Shown piece by piece: positions 40,132-50,048 of a stretch of DNA of 64,000 bases. A program made the translations under genes and the position numbers. The DNA comes from Vulcanimicrobiota bacterium (GTDB lineage: Bacteria; Vulcanimicrobiota; Vulcanimicrobiia; Eremiobacterales; Eremiobacteraceae). Numbering within the stretch: the first letter of the stretch is position 1; every line of letters begins with the position of its first letter. The stretch is taken from contig CAWETU010000001.1 of the NCBI GenBank assembly GCA_963812135.1, forward strand, positions 928,001 through 992,000, in the 5' to 3' direction. Below the pieces are notes generated by a model, which worked only from the letters and a program-made list of their open reading frames with translations, had not been told where the DNA came from and ran no database searches.

Positions 40132-40484
40132 AGGAAACCTCCATGCGGCTCATCGTCGTCGGGAGCCATTCGGCGCCCTATCGTCTAGGCCTTGCAGAGG
40201 TCATTGAAAACCGCCGGCGGGGCCTAGGGGGAATCCAGCCGACCGGGCCTGAGGACTATCGGCCCCGCGAGTGTATTAGGGACTGAACGCCGCGCTCGGA
40301 TTGCCGATACGGGTAAGCAGAATGCCGGATTGCGACCCTCCGAACCGCCTAGGGTCGGCTGGCGCCAGGGTCAAGGTCTCAGGCGGGACGATACCCCGCA
40401 CCCGAAGCGTGTAGGAAAGCGCGGCAGGCGGTGGAATCTGGGGTGGGACGCGATTTCGACAGCGCCCTGATAAGGAGTGCCACT

Positions 40485-41409
40485 GTGCGATTATTTGCTA
40501 CTCGAGCATTATTTTTTCTGCTGTCAACAGCAGCGATCGCCGGGTGCTCCAAGAGCCCCACAATCAGTATTCCGCCGCCGCCGCCGCCCAGAATGTACAT
40601 GGCCGATTTGAATACCGGCCTCCTGGCGTTCAGCCAACCAGTTGGGGCGACGAGCACGCCGCTATTCTCGCTTATCTCAGGAACCCAGGATTCGGGTCTC
40701 GCGGTTGACAGCACCGGCCGGCTCTTCGTCTCGCACTATACTACCTCGACGATCGACGTCTACACGCAACCCATCACTGCGACGAGCATTCCGAGTTTCA
40801 CGATCGGTCCGGTGGCGATCGGAAACATCTCCGGGATCACCATCGACTCGCACGGAAATCTCTGGGGCGCCTCCGAGTTCTCCCACGAGCTCTTCATGAT
40901 CGCGCCGCCGTTCGCCGCTGGTCCACACGCCAGAGCATTTCCAGGGTCGCACGTCTCCCGGGCGGTGGCAGTTGCCTCGACCTTGCCAAAAGCCAAGAGC
41001 CGCTAAAGACAGCGGAAACCGGGTTCGGGGCCGTTCACATTCCCCGGTCCCAAGTCTGGCGGGGACATCACGCTTCCGACGAACGCAGCTGGGCTTGGCA
41101 TCGATACGCACGACCATCTCATCATCGGCCTCGATGGTGGCAAGGTGAACGAAATGAAACCGCCGTTTTCGCCACCGGCAACACGCCGGCTGCTTTATCA
41201 CGGCGCCGATCATCAACGGTGGCCCCACGTCCGAACCGCTGCACTCTGCATTCGATGCAACCGGCAACCTATACGTTCCATACGGCGCACACGGCTCAGC
41301 GACTGCGGGGCTTGGGGTGTACGCGCCGCCGTTCGGCGGGAGCAGCGCTCCGATTTTCGTCTTGAACGCGGGCATGAGCTTCCCGTTCGGCGTGGCTTTC
41401 GCCCAGTAA
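40485..41409 (+). pseudogene. Frameshifted NHL-like beta-propeller lipoprotein (paralog 2)
   Basis: TAAGGAG ribosome-binding site and GTG 40485, then AAIAG/CSKSP lipobox. Repeats GLAVDSTGRLFV, GITIDSHGNLW and AFDATGNLYV fall in changing frames. Ends FPFGVAFAQ. Confidence 0.75.
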
Positions 41410-41430
41410 CCCCCAACCATACGAAGGCTT

Positions 41431-41463
41431 GAGCCGCCGTGCTATCACGGCGGCTTCTTTTTT
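41431..41463 (+). terminator. Intrinsic terminator
   Basis: AGCCGCCGTG-CTAT-CACGGCGGCT hairpin followed by a T-run. Confidence 0.85.
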
Positions 41464-41492
41464 GAAGAGCCCCTTTAGCCTAGCGCGAGGGG

Positions 41493-42078
41493 ATGGTGGA
41501 AAAAGCCAGCGAAGCCGCTGGGCGGTGAAACAACGAGGTGGCGATCATCGGAGGAGGGGTCGCGGGCCTCTCCTCGGCGATTTTCTTGGCCCGCGCCGAC
41601 GTGCGGGTGGCGGCCTTCGATCAATCTGAATCAAGCCTGTATCGGGTCTCGAAAGTGAATAACTACTTGGGATTCCCCGATGGCATCAGCGGGGCCGAGC
41701 TTATAGACCTTGGCCGCCGCCAAGCTGCACGCTTCGGCGCCGAGGTCAGCGACGAAAATGTGACGTCCTGCGCCCCTGCCGAGGGAGGCTTTGAGGTGAC
41801 GGCCGACGCGCGGCGCGCCTACGCCGACTTCATACATCCTCGCTTCCAACAAGCGCACCGATATCGCCCGGTCACTGGGGCTGGAGCTCGGCGGCTTCGG
41901 CAACAAATTCGTCGGCGTCGATGCCGACGGTCAAACGGCCGTCGATCGTTGCTATGCCGCTGGCCGCATCACTGGGCTCCCAAGTCAAGCGATCGTCTCA
42001 GCGGGTGACGGCGCCAAAGTCGCGATCGCGATCATCCAGCGGATCCGCGGCGGATATTATGTCGACCACGATACGTAG
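41493..42078 (+). pseudogene. Short thioredoxin-reductase-like FAD oxidoreductase, frameshifted
   Basis: IIGGGVAG and NNYLGFPDG are in one frame. After about 41835 another frame gives ILASNK..VDADGQT..CYAAG..SQAIVSAGDGA..YYVDHDT-stop. There is an in-frame TGA at 41526. Confidence 0.8.
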
Positions 42079-44479
42079 CGAACGTTCGGCGCTGATCCGC
42101 ACCGTGCTGGTTGTGCTGTTCGCGATCGTGCTGATCTTGATTGCGCTGCTCGCGTGGTTCATTCGCGCGCCGATCCCAAAGGTGGACGGCACGATACTCG
42201 TCAGCGGGTTGCAGGGGCCCGTGACCATTCGGCGCGACGATCGCGGCACGCCGCACATCGAGGCGCAGAACGAAGATGATGCATTTTTCGCCGAAGGGTT
42301 CGCTTGCGCGCAAGATCGACTCTGGCAGATGGACACTTTACGGCGCCAGGCCGAAGGCCGGCTCTCGGAATTCGCCGGACCGGGAGCACTCGTGATCGAT
42401 CGCTACATGCGCACGCTTGGGCTGATGCACGCGGCTGAGGCGGATGTGCGTTCCCTCGATCCTCGTTCGCGTGCGGCACTCGACGCATACGCGGCTGGCA
42501 TCAACGCGGCCGCAGAATCGCATCCGCTGCCAATCGAGTTCAAGCTGCTCGGCTATGGCTGGGAGTCGTGGCGTCCGGTCGACACGATGGCGATCGTCGC
42601 GCTCATGGCGCAGCGGCTCGACGACCAGTGGTACTACATGGACGTCAAGGCCGCGCTCGTCGCCAAGTTCGGGCCGCAGGTCGCCGATGCGCTCGTCGAC
42701 ATGCAGATACCGAGTCTCGAGCACCACATACCTGGTTACGATCGCGTTGTGGCGCAGATACCGCCAGCTGCGCTCGCGGGCACACCCAAGCTACGCTTGG
42801 GTGCCACATTGCCGCAATCACTGTTCGCGTTTGCGGATCCGACGGCGCACGAGCGCGGCACCGGATCCAACAACTGGACGGTGTCGGGTACGAGGACGTC
42901 GACGCGCAAGCCAGTCCTCTCGAACGACACCCATCTCGGCCGCACGCTGCCGAGCACGTGGTGGATCGCCGATCTGCACGGAGGCGCGCTCCACGTCGCG
43001 GGCTTCACCTTGCCGGGCTTGCCCGGCATCGTCCTCGGACATAACGAGCGCATTGCGTTCGGCGTGACAAGCGCCGAAGAAGCCGTCGAGGATCTGTACA
43101 TCGAGCGATTCCGCTCGACCACCTCGGATGAATACATGGCCAACGGCGTGTGGCGTAAGGCCGAACACCGGATTGAGCGCATCGGGGTCAAAGGTCAGCC
43201 TGACGACGTGCTCGACGTCTTGGTCACGCGTCACGGTCCGATCATCCGGCGGGATGGCACGCGCGGCCTTGCGCTTGCTTGGACGATACTGCGTGGCGCA
43301 GGCGGATCTCAATCAATACTCGCTCTTGATATGGCCGGCAATTTCAAGCAATTCCGCGCGGCATTGGCCCGGCAAGTCGGTCCTGTGTTGAACTTCGGTT
43401 ATGCCGACGTCGACGGCCACATCGGCTATCAGGATACCGGCGCGGTGCCGCTTCGAGCGAACGGCGACGGTTCAGTACCGGTTGAAGGTCAAGATGACCG
43501 GTACGAGTGGCGCGGCAACGTGCCGTTTGACAAATTGCCGCATGCGCTTGATCCTCCAAGCGGCTTCATCGCGACGGCGAACAACGAACTGGTGACCCCG
43601 GCGTATCGCCCGCAGTTGTCGACATATTTCGAACCGCCGTTCCGGGTGGATCGAATCGCGCGCAGGCTCTCCGCCGCCAATGGCGCGTCGCCGGCGGCGA
43701 TTGGCGCCATCCAAGCCGATGTGTTCGACTATCCGCGCTGGCGGCTCGCGCAAGCCACGGCGCGCTTGCTCGCAACGTCGCCCGATCCGCAGCTGCGCGC
43801 GCTCGCGCCACAGCTTAGCGCGTGGAACGGCATGATGAATGCGTCGAGCCGCATCCCGACCTTCCTCGTGTTAGAAGACGAAGCGCTTGCGCAAGATGTG
43901 CTCGCGTCGCGCCTTGGGTCTGGCCTCTTCGCGAATTACGACGAGCACTATTGGAGAATCGTACCGCTGCTGCGCGTGCTCGATGGCGATCGGCGCCTGA
44001 GCACGATCGGCATCACGCGCGCCGCTGTCGAAGGCGCGATTGTCCGCGCGGCACGCACCGCGGCCCGGAAGGTCGGAACGGCGACTATCAACGGTTCGTG
44101 GAGATTGGAGCGCTGGGGTTCGAAAAACGCGGCGATTTATCGTCATCCGCTGTCGGTGAAATGGTTCTTGGGTTTCTTAAGTCTGCCGCCCGTGCCGCAA
44201 CCGGGCAGCGGCTTTGCGGTCTATGCGGCCAAGCCCGATCACGGGCCGTCAATGCGCTTGGTCGCCGATCTTTCGGATTTCGATAAGACGTCGATGCTGC
44301 TGACCCTCGGCGAATCCGGCGTATATAGCGATTCGTACTACGACGATCAGCTCGACGACTATACGGACGTGCGCATGGTTGCGGCCCCGTTCACACCGGC
44401 CGCCGTGCTCGCGGCGACGCAGCACACGCTGGTGCTGAAACCCGAGGTTCAAGCCACCGCGGCGACTACAGGGCGCTAG
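42059..44479 (+). CDS. Penicillin acylase family (S45, Ntn hydrolase) protein
   Basis: N-terminal transmembrane helix, RDDRGTPHI, AQDRLWQMD, GSNNW (catalytic Ser), SNDTHL, TANN and GPSMR motifs. Confidence 0.93.
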   Translation: MSTTIRSERSALIRTVLVVLFAIVLILIALLAWFIRAPIPKVDGTILVSGLQGPVTIRRDDRGTPHIEAQNEDDAFFAEGFACAQDRLWQMDTLRRQAEGRLSEFAGPGALVIDRYMRTLGLMHAAEADVRSLDPRSRAALDAYAAGINAAAESHPLPIEFKLLGYGWESWRPVDTMAIVALMAQRLDDQWYYMDVKAALVAKFGPQVADALVDMQIPSLEHHIPGYDRVVAQIPPAALAGTPKLRLGATLPQSLFAFADPTAHERGTGSNNWTVSGTRTSTRKPVLSNDTHLGRTLPSTWWIADLHGGALHVAGFTLPGLPGIVLGHNERIAFGVTSAEEAVEDLYIERFRSTTSDEYMANGVWRKAEHRIERIGVKGQPDDVLDVLVTRHGPIIRRDGTRGLALAWTILRGAGGSQSILALDMAGNFKQFRAALARQVGPVLNFGYADVDGHIGYQDTGAVPLRANGDGSVPVEGQDDRYEWRGNVPFDKLPHALDPPSGFIATANNELVTPAYRPQLSTYFEPPFRVDRIARRLSAANGASPAAIGAIQADVFDYPRWRLAQATARLLATSPDPQLRALAPQLSAWNGMMNASSRIPTFLVLEDEALAQDVLASRLGSGLFANYDEHYWRIVPLLRVLDGDRRLSTIGITRAAVEGAIVRAARTAARKVGTATINGSWRLERWGSKNAAIYRHPLSVKWFLGFLSLPPVPQPGSGFAVYAAKPDHGPSMRLVADLSDFDKTSMLLTLGESGVYSDSYYDDQLDDYTDVRMVAAPFTPAAVLAATQHTLVLKPEVQATAATTGR

Positions 44480-44925
44480 ATGAGTTTGACCAAATCCACT
44501 AGCGTGATCGGGCGACCGCCGACGACGTCGGGTTCTTCGATATCGGCTTGGTAGCCCAACGTTTCGAAAAAGGATCGTGCCTCGAGGTGTTTGGGGATTT
44601 GCACGAATACGGCGCTTGCGCCGGCGCCGCGGGCGCCGGCCTCGACCGCGTTGACCAATGCTTTGCCGGCGCCGCGACCACGCGCTTGCGGGATAACGGC
44701 GATGCGAAACAACCAGATGACGTCACCCTGCCGGTCGAACAGCGCCACGCCGACATCTTTGGATTCATCGTTGATCACGAACGCTCCGGTGGTCTCGCTG
44801 CGCAAGAAGCTTTCGATATCGCCAAGCGTCGGTTCGGCCGGTGCGAGCGTTCCATCGTCACCGCTTTGTTCGAGCACGTGGTGGATCGCCAAGGCATCGC
44901 CGTCTTGGGCTCGACGCACTCGCAT
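44476..44925 (-). CDS. GNAT family acetyltransferase
   Basis: IAVIPQARGRGAGKALV and ARSFFETLGY motifs. Confidence 0.85.
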   Translation of the reverse strand: MRVRRAQDGDALAIHHVLEQSGDDGTLAPAEPTLGDIESFLRSETTGAFVINDESKDVGVALFDRQGDVIWLFRIAVIPQARGRGAGKALVNAVEAGARGAGASAVFVQIPKHLEARSFFETLGYQADIEEPDVVGGRPITLVDLVKLI

Positions 44926-44943
44926 GGAGGAATGCTTTAGCTC

Positions 44944-45297
44944 GTGATACGGCTGCGCCTTCGGGTCATGATCTCGGGTTTCAATCAAGCCGTCAGCGAA
45001 TACACGCTCGCGCGCCTTGAGATATCCGCCGCGCATCCACGAATCGTCGCGCCGCCGGTGATCGATCGGCTTGGGGTACAAAACCGGCCCGACGACAGCT
45101 CCCGCGTGTGGCGGTTCGCCGTGCGGCAAGTGCGGCTGGCCGACACGTACGTGCGCACGGGCGCAAGCGCCGTGGCGCGCCGCCACGGCGCGTGGGCACG
45201 CCTCATCGCCGCGTTCGGCGAATTGCGGATGTACGCGGCTGGTATCGAAGTGCTGCACAGCGCTCGCACGCACGCGCGCCGTAAGCCATCGACGTGA
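44944..45297 (+). CDS. Hypothetical protein
   Basis: Fills the gap, and its stop overlaps the next start (GTGA). No motif recognised, start uncertain. Confidence 0.45.
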   Translation: MIRLRLRVMISGFNQAVSEYTLARLEISAAHPRIVAPPVIDRLGVQNRPDDSSRVWRFAVRQVRLADTYVRTGASAVARRHGAWARLIAAFGELRMYAAGIEVLHSARTHARRKPST

Positions 45298-46169
45298 TCG
45301 AGCGCGTCGCCGTCATTGGTGCCGGCACGATGGGCAATGGCATCGCCCATACGCTCGCCGTCGCGGGTTACGAGGTCGTGCTTATCGATGCTGCGAGCGA
45401 AGGTCTCGCGCGCGGGCTCGCCACGATCGAAGCGAATCTTGAGTCCGGCGTCGAGCGCGGCAAGCTGACCAAGGACGCCGCGCTGGCGGCGCGCGCTCGC
45501 ATCACGCCGGCATCGTCGAGCGACGCGGCAGCCGGTGCCCAGCTGGTCATCGAAGCGGTGCCTGAGGATCTCGGGCTCAAGCATTTGGTGCTGCGAGAAC
45601 TTGAAGAAGTGTGCCCGCCAAGCACGGTGTTCGCGACGAACACGTCGGCGCTGTCGATCACCGAGATCGCGGCTGCGTTGCAAGATCCGTCGCGGGTCGT
45701 GGGGATGCATTACTTCAATCCCGCGCACATCATGAAGCTCGTCGAGATCGTGCGCGGGCTTGAAACGTCCGATGCCGCGGTTGCCAGCGCGCTCGAGGTG
45801 GCTACGCGTTCGGGTAAAGAGACGGTGATCATCAACGAAGCGCCCGGATTCGCCACCAGCCGCATCAACGCGATGATCGGCAACGAAGCGTTTTACATGT
45901 TGCAAGAAGGCGTGGCCTCGGCGCGGGATATCGACAAGGCGCTCAAGCTCGGATTGAATCATCCGATGGGACCGTTCGAGATGATCGATCTCGTCGGGCT
46001 GGACACGCGCTTGAAAGTGCTCGAATATCTGCATCAGTCGTTGGGCGAGAAGTTCCGGCCGTGCCCGTTGCTGGTGAAATACGTCAAGGCCGGCCGGCTC
46101 GGCCGCAAGGTGGGCAGGGGCGTCTACGACTATCCGAAGGAGGGCGCGTCATCGAATACTTCCACTTGA
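45294..46169 (+). CDS. 3-hydroxyacyl-CoA dehydrogenase
   Basis: GAGTMGNG, IEAVPE, ATNTS, GMHYFNP and NHPMGPF motifs. Confidence 0.95.
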   Translation: MIERVAVIGAGTMGNGIAHTLAVAGYEVVLIDAASEGLARGLATIEANLESGVERGKLTKDAALAARARITPASSSDAAAGAQLVIEAVPEDLGLKHLVLRELEEVCPPSTVFATNTSALSITEIAAALQDPSRVVGMHYFNPAHIMKLVEIVRGLETSDAAVASALEVATRSGKETVIINEAPGFATSRINAMIGNEAFYMLQEGVASARDIDKALKLGLNHPMGPFEMIDLVGLDTRLKVLEYLHQSLGEKFRPCPLLVKYVKAGRLGRKVGRGVYDYPKEGASSNTST

Positions 46170-47032
46170 TCTTTTGGCTGCTCGTATTCATCGGCGTGCC
46201 GCTGTTCTTAGGCGGCGTCGGCTTGCAACGAGGCGGCAGCGCGGAAGTGGGCGGCGTCGTGCGCTGGATCGGCGGCATGTGCGCGGCGATCGGTTTCGTC
46301 GGCGGCGTGAGTTTGCTGAGCGGCGGTCTCAATCTGGTCGGGTTGCTGGCGGTCGTCGCCGCATATTTCGGCGAGACGGCGCGGCAAAATCAACGCATCG
46401 GGTTCCGGCTGCTGGCGATCGGGCTCGCACTCGGGGCGGTGAACGAACTGCCTGGCCGCGGCGGCGAGTGGCTTACGACGCTGGCGATCATCGCGGCGCG
46501 GACTCGGTTTGGCAGCGCTCCTCAACACGTTGGTCCGAAGGCCATCAGCATCGACTACATAGGCCTGATCCTGCACCTGCTGGCATATTGCGGCGTCGCG
46601 CTCGTGATCGGCGGTGGTATCGCTTGGCTGCGTGGTGAGCGGGGGGTTGCTCCAACCGTTGTCGCGATTGGCGCTGTCTGTATCGTGCCACAAATCGTTG
46701 TTGTCCTCTGGGATATCGCGCGCGTCGAATCAGGCGATCGTCCGCAGCGGTTAATATTGGGGGTGGGATGGGCGGTTCTGGGTGTGATTTGGTTGTGGTT
46801 ATCCATCAAGAAAAGTGGGCTTCAAAGGTCGTTTGCCGTCGCGAGCGTCGCCGCGTATCTCTTGTTGGCGGCGTACTCGGTCGTGCCTTTGAATTCAGGC
46901 TGGGTTCTCAATGCGTTGCTGGTTTCGCTTATGGCTAGCATGGTTGCAGTGATTGGAATTGCCGTGGCCATCGCTCGGGAAAGAAGACGCGCGCAAGCCA
47001 ACCAAGATTGGCCGGCCACTCAAATCCGGTAA
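46166..47032 (+). CDS. Hypothetical multi-pass membrane protein
   Basis: Many hydrophobic segments. Probable TTG start overlaps the upstream stop (TTGA). Confidence 0.6.
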   Translation: MIFWLLVFIGVPLFLGGVGLQRGGSAEVGGVVRWIGGMCAAIGFVGGVSLLSGGLNLVGLLAVVAAYFGETARQNQRIGFRLLAIGLALGAVNELPGRGGEWLTTLAIIAARTRFGSAPQHVGPKAISIDYIGLILHLLAYCGVALVIGGGIAWLRGERGVAPTVVAIGAVCIVPQIVVVLWDIARVESGDRPQRLILGVGWAVLGVIWLWLSIKKSGLQRSFAVASVAAYLLLAAYSVVPLNSGWVLNALLVSLMASMVAVIGIAVAIARERRRAQANQDWPATQIR

Positions 47033-47988
47033 CGGCGCACGCCTTCGTCGGCAGCCGTTTTGACCTCGCCGCGTAGGCGCATGTACTCAAGGTGCGCGAC
47101 GACCTCGACCATCGCAAAACGCACTTCGTGCGTCGAAAGTTTGTCGCCCCAGAAGTGGCGCACGATGTCATACGCCGTGACGCCTTGTCCATCGCTCGTA
47201 GCGACCTTCGTTCGAATGCCCGTCAACCGCTCATCGTGATGTTTTCGGAACTGGCCGATTCGCTCTGGTAATGCGGTGTAACTATCGCCGTGACCGGGCA
47301 GCACCGTGTATGCGGCTTCACGCTCGAAGCGCCCGAGCGACCACAGAAAATCTTCGAGCGGATTCGGCCGGCACTCAGGATACAGCCCGATGTTCGGGGT
47401 GATCGTCGGCAGCAGGTGATCGCCGCAGAAGATGACGCGCGCGTCGTCGTCGACCAGGACGTAGTGGAAATCGCTGTGGCCGGGCGTCCACACGACCCGT
47501 AGGCGGCGATCGCCCGCGGTGACGACCTCGCCCTCGGCGACGTGTTCAAACCGCTCCGGCAGCTTCACGGCGCGCCGCAACATGCTGACGGCCTGCACCA
47601 TTCCGTCGGCCACCTCGCCGTCGGCACCGTGCCGGCGCGCATACCAGGCCCAATCGCCGAGAGGCTCCGTGCCCCAGACGTAGCGTGCACGTCGCTCTTC
47701 GTCTGCCATCAAGAAGATCCGAGCGCCAGCGGCCGCGCGGCGGCCGGACATACCGATGTGGTCCGGATGCATGTGGGTCACATAGACCCGCTCGATGTTC
47801 GATTCTGCGACACCAAGCTCGCGGAGCTGCTCGTCGAACGCCGCCCGAGCTTCGGGCGTGTCGATGCCGGTGTCGATCAGCGTGTAGCCGTGGGCTCCGC
47901 GCAACAGGTATAGGTTGACTTCGCGCAGGCGGAACGGCAGCGGAACTTTGATGCGCCAGAGATCGGGCGCGACCTGATCAGGCGGCAC
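47020..47988 (-). CDS. MBL-fold metallo-hydrolase
   Basis: LIDTG, THMHPDHIG, TPGHS, GDHLLP and LPGHG motifs. Confidence 0.92.
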   Translation of the reverse strand: MPPDQVAPDLWRIKVPLPFRLREVNLYLLRGAHGYTLIDTGIDTPEARAAFDEQLRELGVAESNIERVYVTHMHPDHIGMSGRRAAAGARIFLMADEERRARYVWGTEPLGDWAWYARRHGADGEVADGMVQAVSMLRRAVKLPERFEHVAEGEVVTAGDRRLRVVWTPGHSDFHYVLVDDDARVIFCGDHLLPTITPNIGLYPECRPNPLEDFLWSLGRFEREAAYTVLPGHGDSYTALPERIGQFRKHHDERLTGIRTKVATSDGQGVTAYDIVRHFWGDKLSTHEVRFAMVEVVAHLEYMRLRGEVKTAADEGVRRYRI

Positions 47989-48853
47989 GGCTACGCTCCG
48001 CGCTTGTCTTGAAGAATACAAGCGCGCCGTCGCTCAGCAACGCATGATACTTCTCGAACAGCTCTCGCGCGCGCGTGCCGAGCCAACCGCGCGGCAAGAG
48101 CTCGGCCGGCAGATCGGGATCGATGAATGGGAAATGCCGGAAATCGTGCGTGAGCGCGAAGCGATGGACGAACGCGGCTGAATCGGGGAGCGCGCGCTTT
48201 CGCCGGCGCGCGGCGTCGCGCGCGTACAGCGGCGCATAGTGCTTGATGAAGCGCTTATAGCTCGTCGCTATCTTCTTGAGATCCCAGCAGCGCCGCACGA
48301 GGTCAGCAGCACTGACCGGGCCATCGAAGCGTGCGTTGAAGATCCGAGCGAAACGCTCAACGCCGTGGTCGCGCACGAGCGCGGCTGCTTCCGCCGCGAC
48401 GTCGCGCGGACTGACGTATGTGCCGCCGCCGAGCGGTCCGAACCCCAACCAGGCGAGTTGCTTGCGCAGCCGGTCGCGATGCGCGCGCTGAGCTTCTGGA
48501 ATCGCGTAGGTCAGCAAGCACCATTGGCCGTTCCACGCCCCGCGCCGCGGTTGATAAATGCGCTGCGTGCCCTCTTCCATCAGCGCGCGTCCTCGTTCGG
48601 TGAGCGCATAGAACGAACGATTGCCTTCGCGCCGCGCTGTCAGCCAGCCGTCCCGAGCCAGCCGCGCGACGGCCGAGCGGACCGCCACCTCCGAGATCCC
48701 GAAGCGGGCGCCGAGCGCCACGAGGCTGCCGAGCCACAGGTCGACCCCGCGCGGATACGCATAATCACCGTACAGCGTGAACAACATCGAGCGCGGCCGC
48801 AGCGGCGCGATGCCGGGGAATGGGGAAAGCGTGCGAGGGGTGCTGCGCGGCAT
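47978..48853 (-). CDS. paaX: PaaX family transcriptional regulator
   Basis: SMLFTLYGDY, VRSAVARL, W.GQW, LAWLGFG and DPDLPAELLP..W.G motifs. Confidence 0.92.
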   Translation of the reverse strand: MPRSTPRTLSPFPGIAPLRPRSMLFTLYGDYAYPRGVDLWLGSLVALGARFGISEVAVRSAVARLARDGWLTARREGNRSFYALTERGRALMEEGTQRIYQPRRGAWNGQWCLLTYAIPEAQRAHRDRLRKQLAWLGFGPLGGGTYVSPRDVAAEAAALVRDHGVERFARIFNARFDGPVSAADLVRRCWDLKKIATSYKRFIKHYAPLYARDAARRRKRALPDSAAFVHRFALTHDFRHFPFIDPDLPAELLPRGWLGTRARELFEKYHALLSDGALVFFKTSAERSRAA

Positions 48854-48935
48854 GCCGTTGAATCCTAGCCTTAAGTGTGGCAAATTTCGGCCGACCGTGC
48901 GAATTATAGCACAAAGTCCCTGAGGAAAGAAACCG

Positions 48936-50048
48936 ATGTCGCGCATCAAGACATTTGACGATTGGGTGCAGGTGTTCCACCAGTGGCAAAAAGATCTGGA
49001 CATCGATCCGGAAGTGTTCAACCGCGTCCTGGGCGGTTATACGCTGGAGGCGAAGTACGCGGAGTCGCGCAGCGACGAGATCGAGTTCGGCGAGTTCGCG
49101 GGGCAGCGCAAGTGGGATAAGGTCTTAGAGATCCCGGACCAGCGCATGCGCGACGCGGTGCTGAGCATGATCATCTATCAGGGCGACACCGAGTTCGCAT
49201 CCAACGAGCAGCAGCGCAAGCTCCTTTCCACCGCACCGTCGGAATACGACCTGTATTCGATCTGTCGCGTGTTCATCGAAGAGACGCGTCACGGCTATCA
49301 GATGTGCCATCTGCTCGTCAACCATTTCGGCAACGACGGCCGCATCGAAGCGGGGAAGATGCTCGAACGGCGCGCGGACCAGGGGACGCGGCTGCTCAAC
49401 GCGTTCAACAGTCCGGTCAAACACTGGCTCGATCTGTACGCGTACCAGAATTACATGGACCGCGACGGGAAATTCCAGCTGCAGATGCTCTCGCACTCAG
49501 GATTCCGCCCGCTCTCGATGAGCATGGGCCCGATGCTGCGCGAAGAATCGTTCCATCTCGGCACCGGACTGACGGGCCTCAAGCGAGTGGCCAAAGCGGA
49601 TGTCGTGCCGATCAGGATCCAACAGAAGTTCCACAACAAATGGCTGTCCGGCTCCCTTGACCTGTTCGGCAACGATCACTCGTCGAGCGCGGTCTGGGCC
49701 TACATCTGGGGCATCAAGGGCCGCCCGGAAGAAGACAAAGAAGAGAACGACGCCGACAAAGAGCTGCTCAACGACTACGCGCGCCGCCAATACTATCAAG
49801 AGTGCGCCAAGCTCGTCGACCAGGTCAACTCGGTGATCCCCGGCGATGAGAAGATCTATACCGCCGACATCCGCTTCAACCGGCAGATCGGCGAGTTCGC
49901 CGGCAAGCCGTATTCCGTGGATGGACGCCTGCTCGACCGGGACGAGTTCGAGAAGCACCTCAAAGAAGTGCTGCCCAACGACGATGACGAAAAAGAGCTG
50001 GCAGAGATTTTCAAGCGCGACGATTGGGTCGCGCCAAAAGCGGCGTGA
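48936..50048 (+). CDS. BoxB-like diiron aroyl-CoA oxygenase/epoxidase (ferritin-like PaaA/BoxB family), short form
   Basis: QGDTEFASNEQQR, TAPSEYD, EETRH, DRDGKFQL, REESFH and DLFG match BoxB-type signature blocks as recalled. Confidence 0.8.
   Translation: MSRIKTFDDWVQVFHQWQKDLDIDPEVFNRVLGGYTLEAKYAESRSDEIEFGEFAGQRKWDKVLEIPDQRMRDAVLSMIIYQGDTEFASNEQQRKLLSTAPSEYDLYSICRVFIEETRHGYQMCHLLVNHFGNDGRIEAGKMLERRADQGTRLLNAFNSPVKHWLDLYAYQNYMDRDGKFQLQMLSHSGFRPLSMSMGPMLREESFHLGTGLTGLKRVAKADVVPIRIQQKFHNKWLSGSLDLFGNDHSSSAVWAYIWGIKGRPEEDKEENDADKELLNDYARRQYYQECAKLVDQVNSVIPGDEKIYTADIRFNRQIGEFAGKPYSVDGRLLDRDEFEKHLKEVLPNDDDEKELAEIFKRDDWVAPKAA

Noticed and set aside
40368..40380. GAGACCTTGACC on the minus strand resembling the 3' end of a yybP-ykoY riboswitch
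   Set aside because: No upstream GGGGAGTAGC segment.
40440..40462. GGGGTGGGACGCGATTTCGAC resembling a tmRNA 5' end
   Set aside because: It lacks the conserved GG before TTCGA, no matching 3' acceptor end was found, and a lipoprotein gene follows immediately.
41526..41528. In-frame TGA as possible selenocysteine
   Set aside because: It lies before the FAD motif at a non-catalytic position and within an indel-rich segment.
48854..48935. PaaX operator in the divergent promoter
   Set aside because: Only a 4-bp inverted repeat (GTGC/GCAC) is visible and there is no match to the E. coli PaaX site, which is too weak to call.
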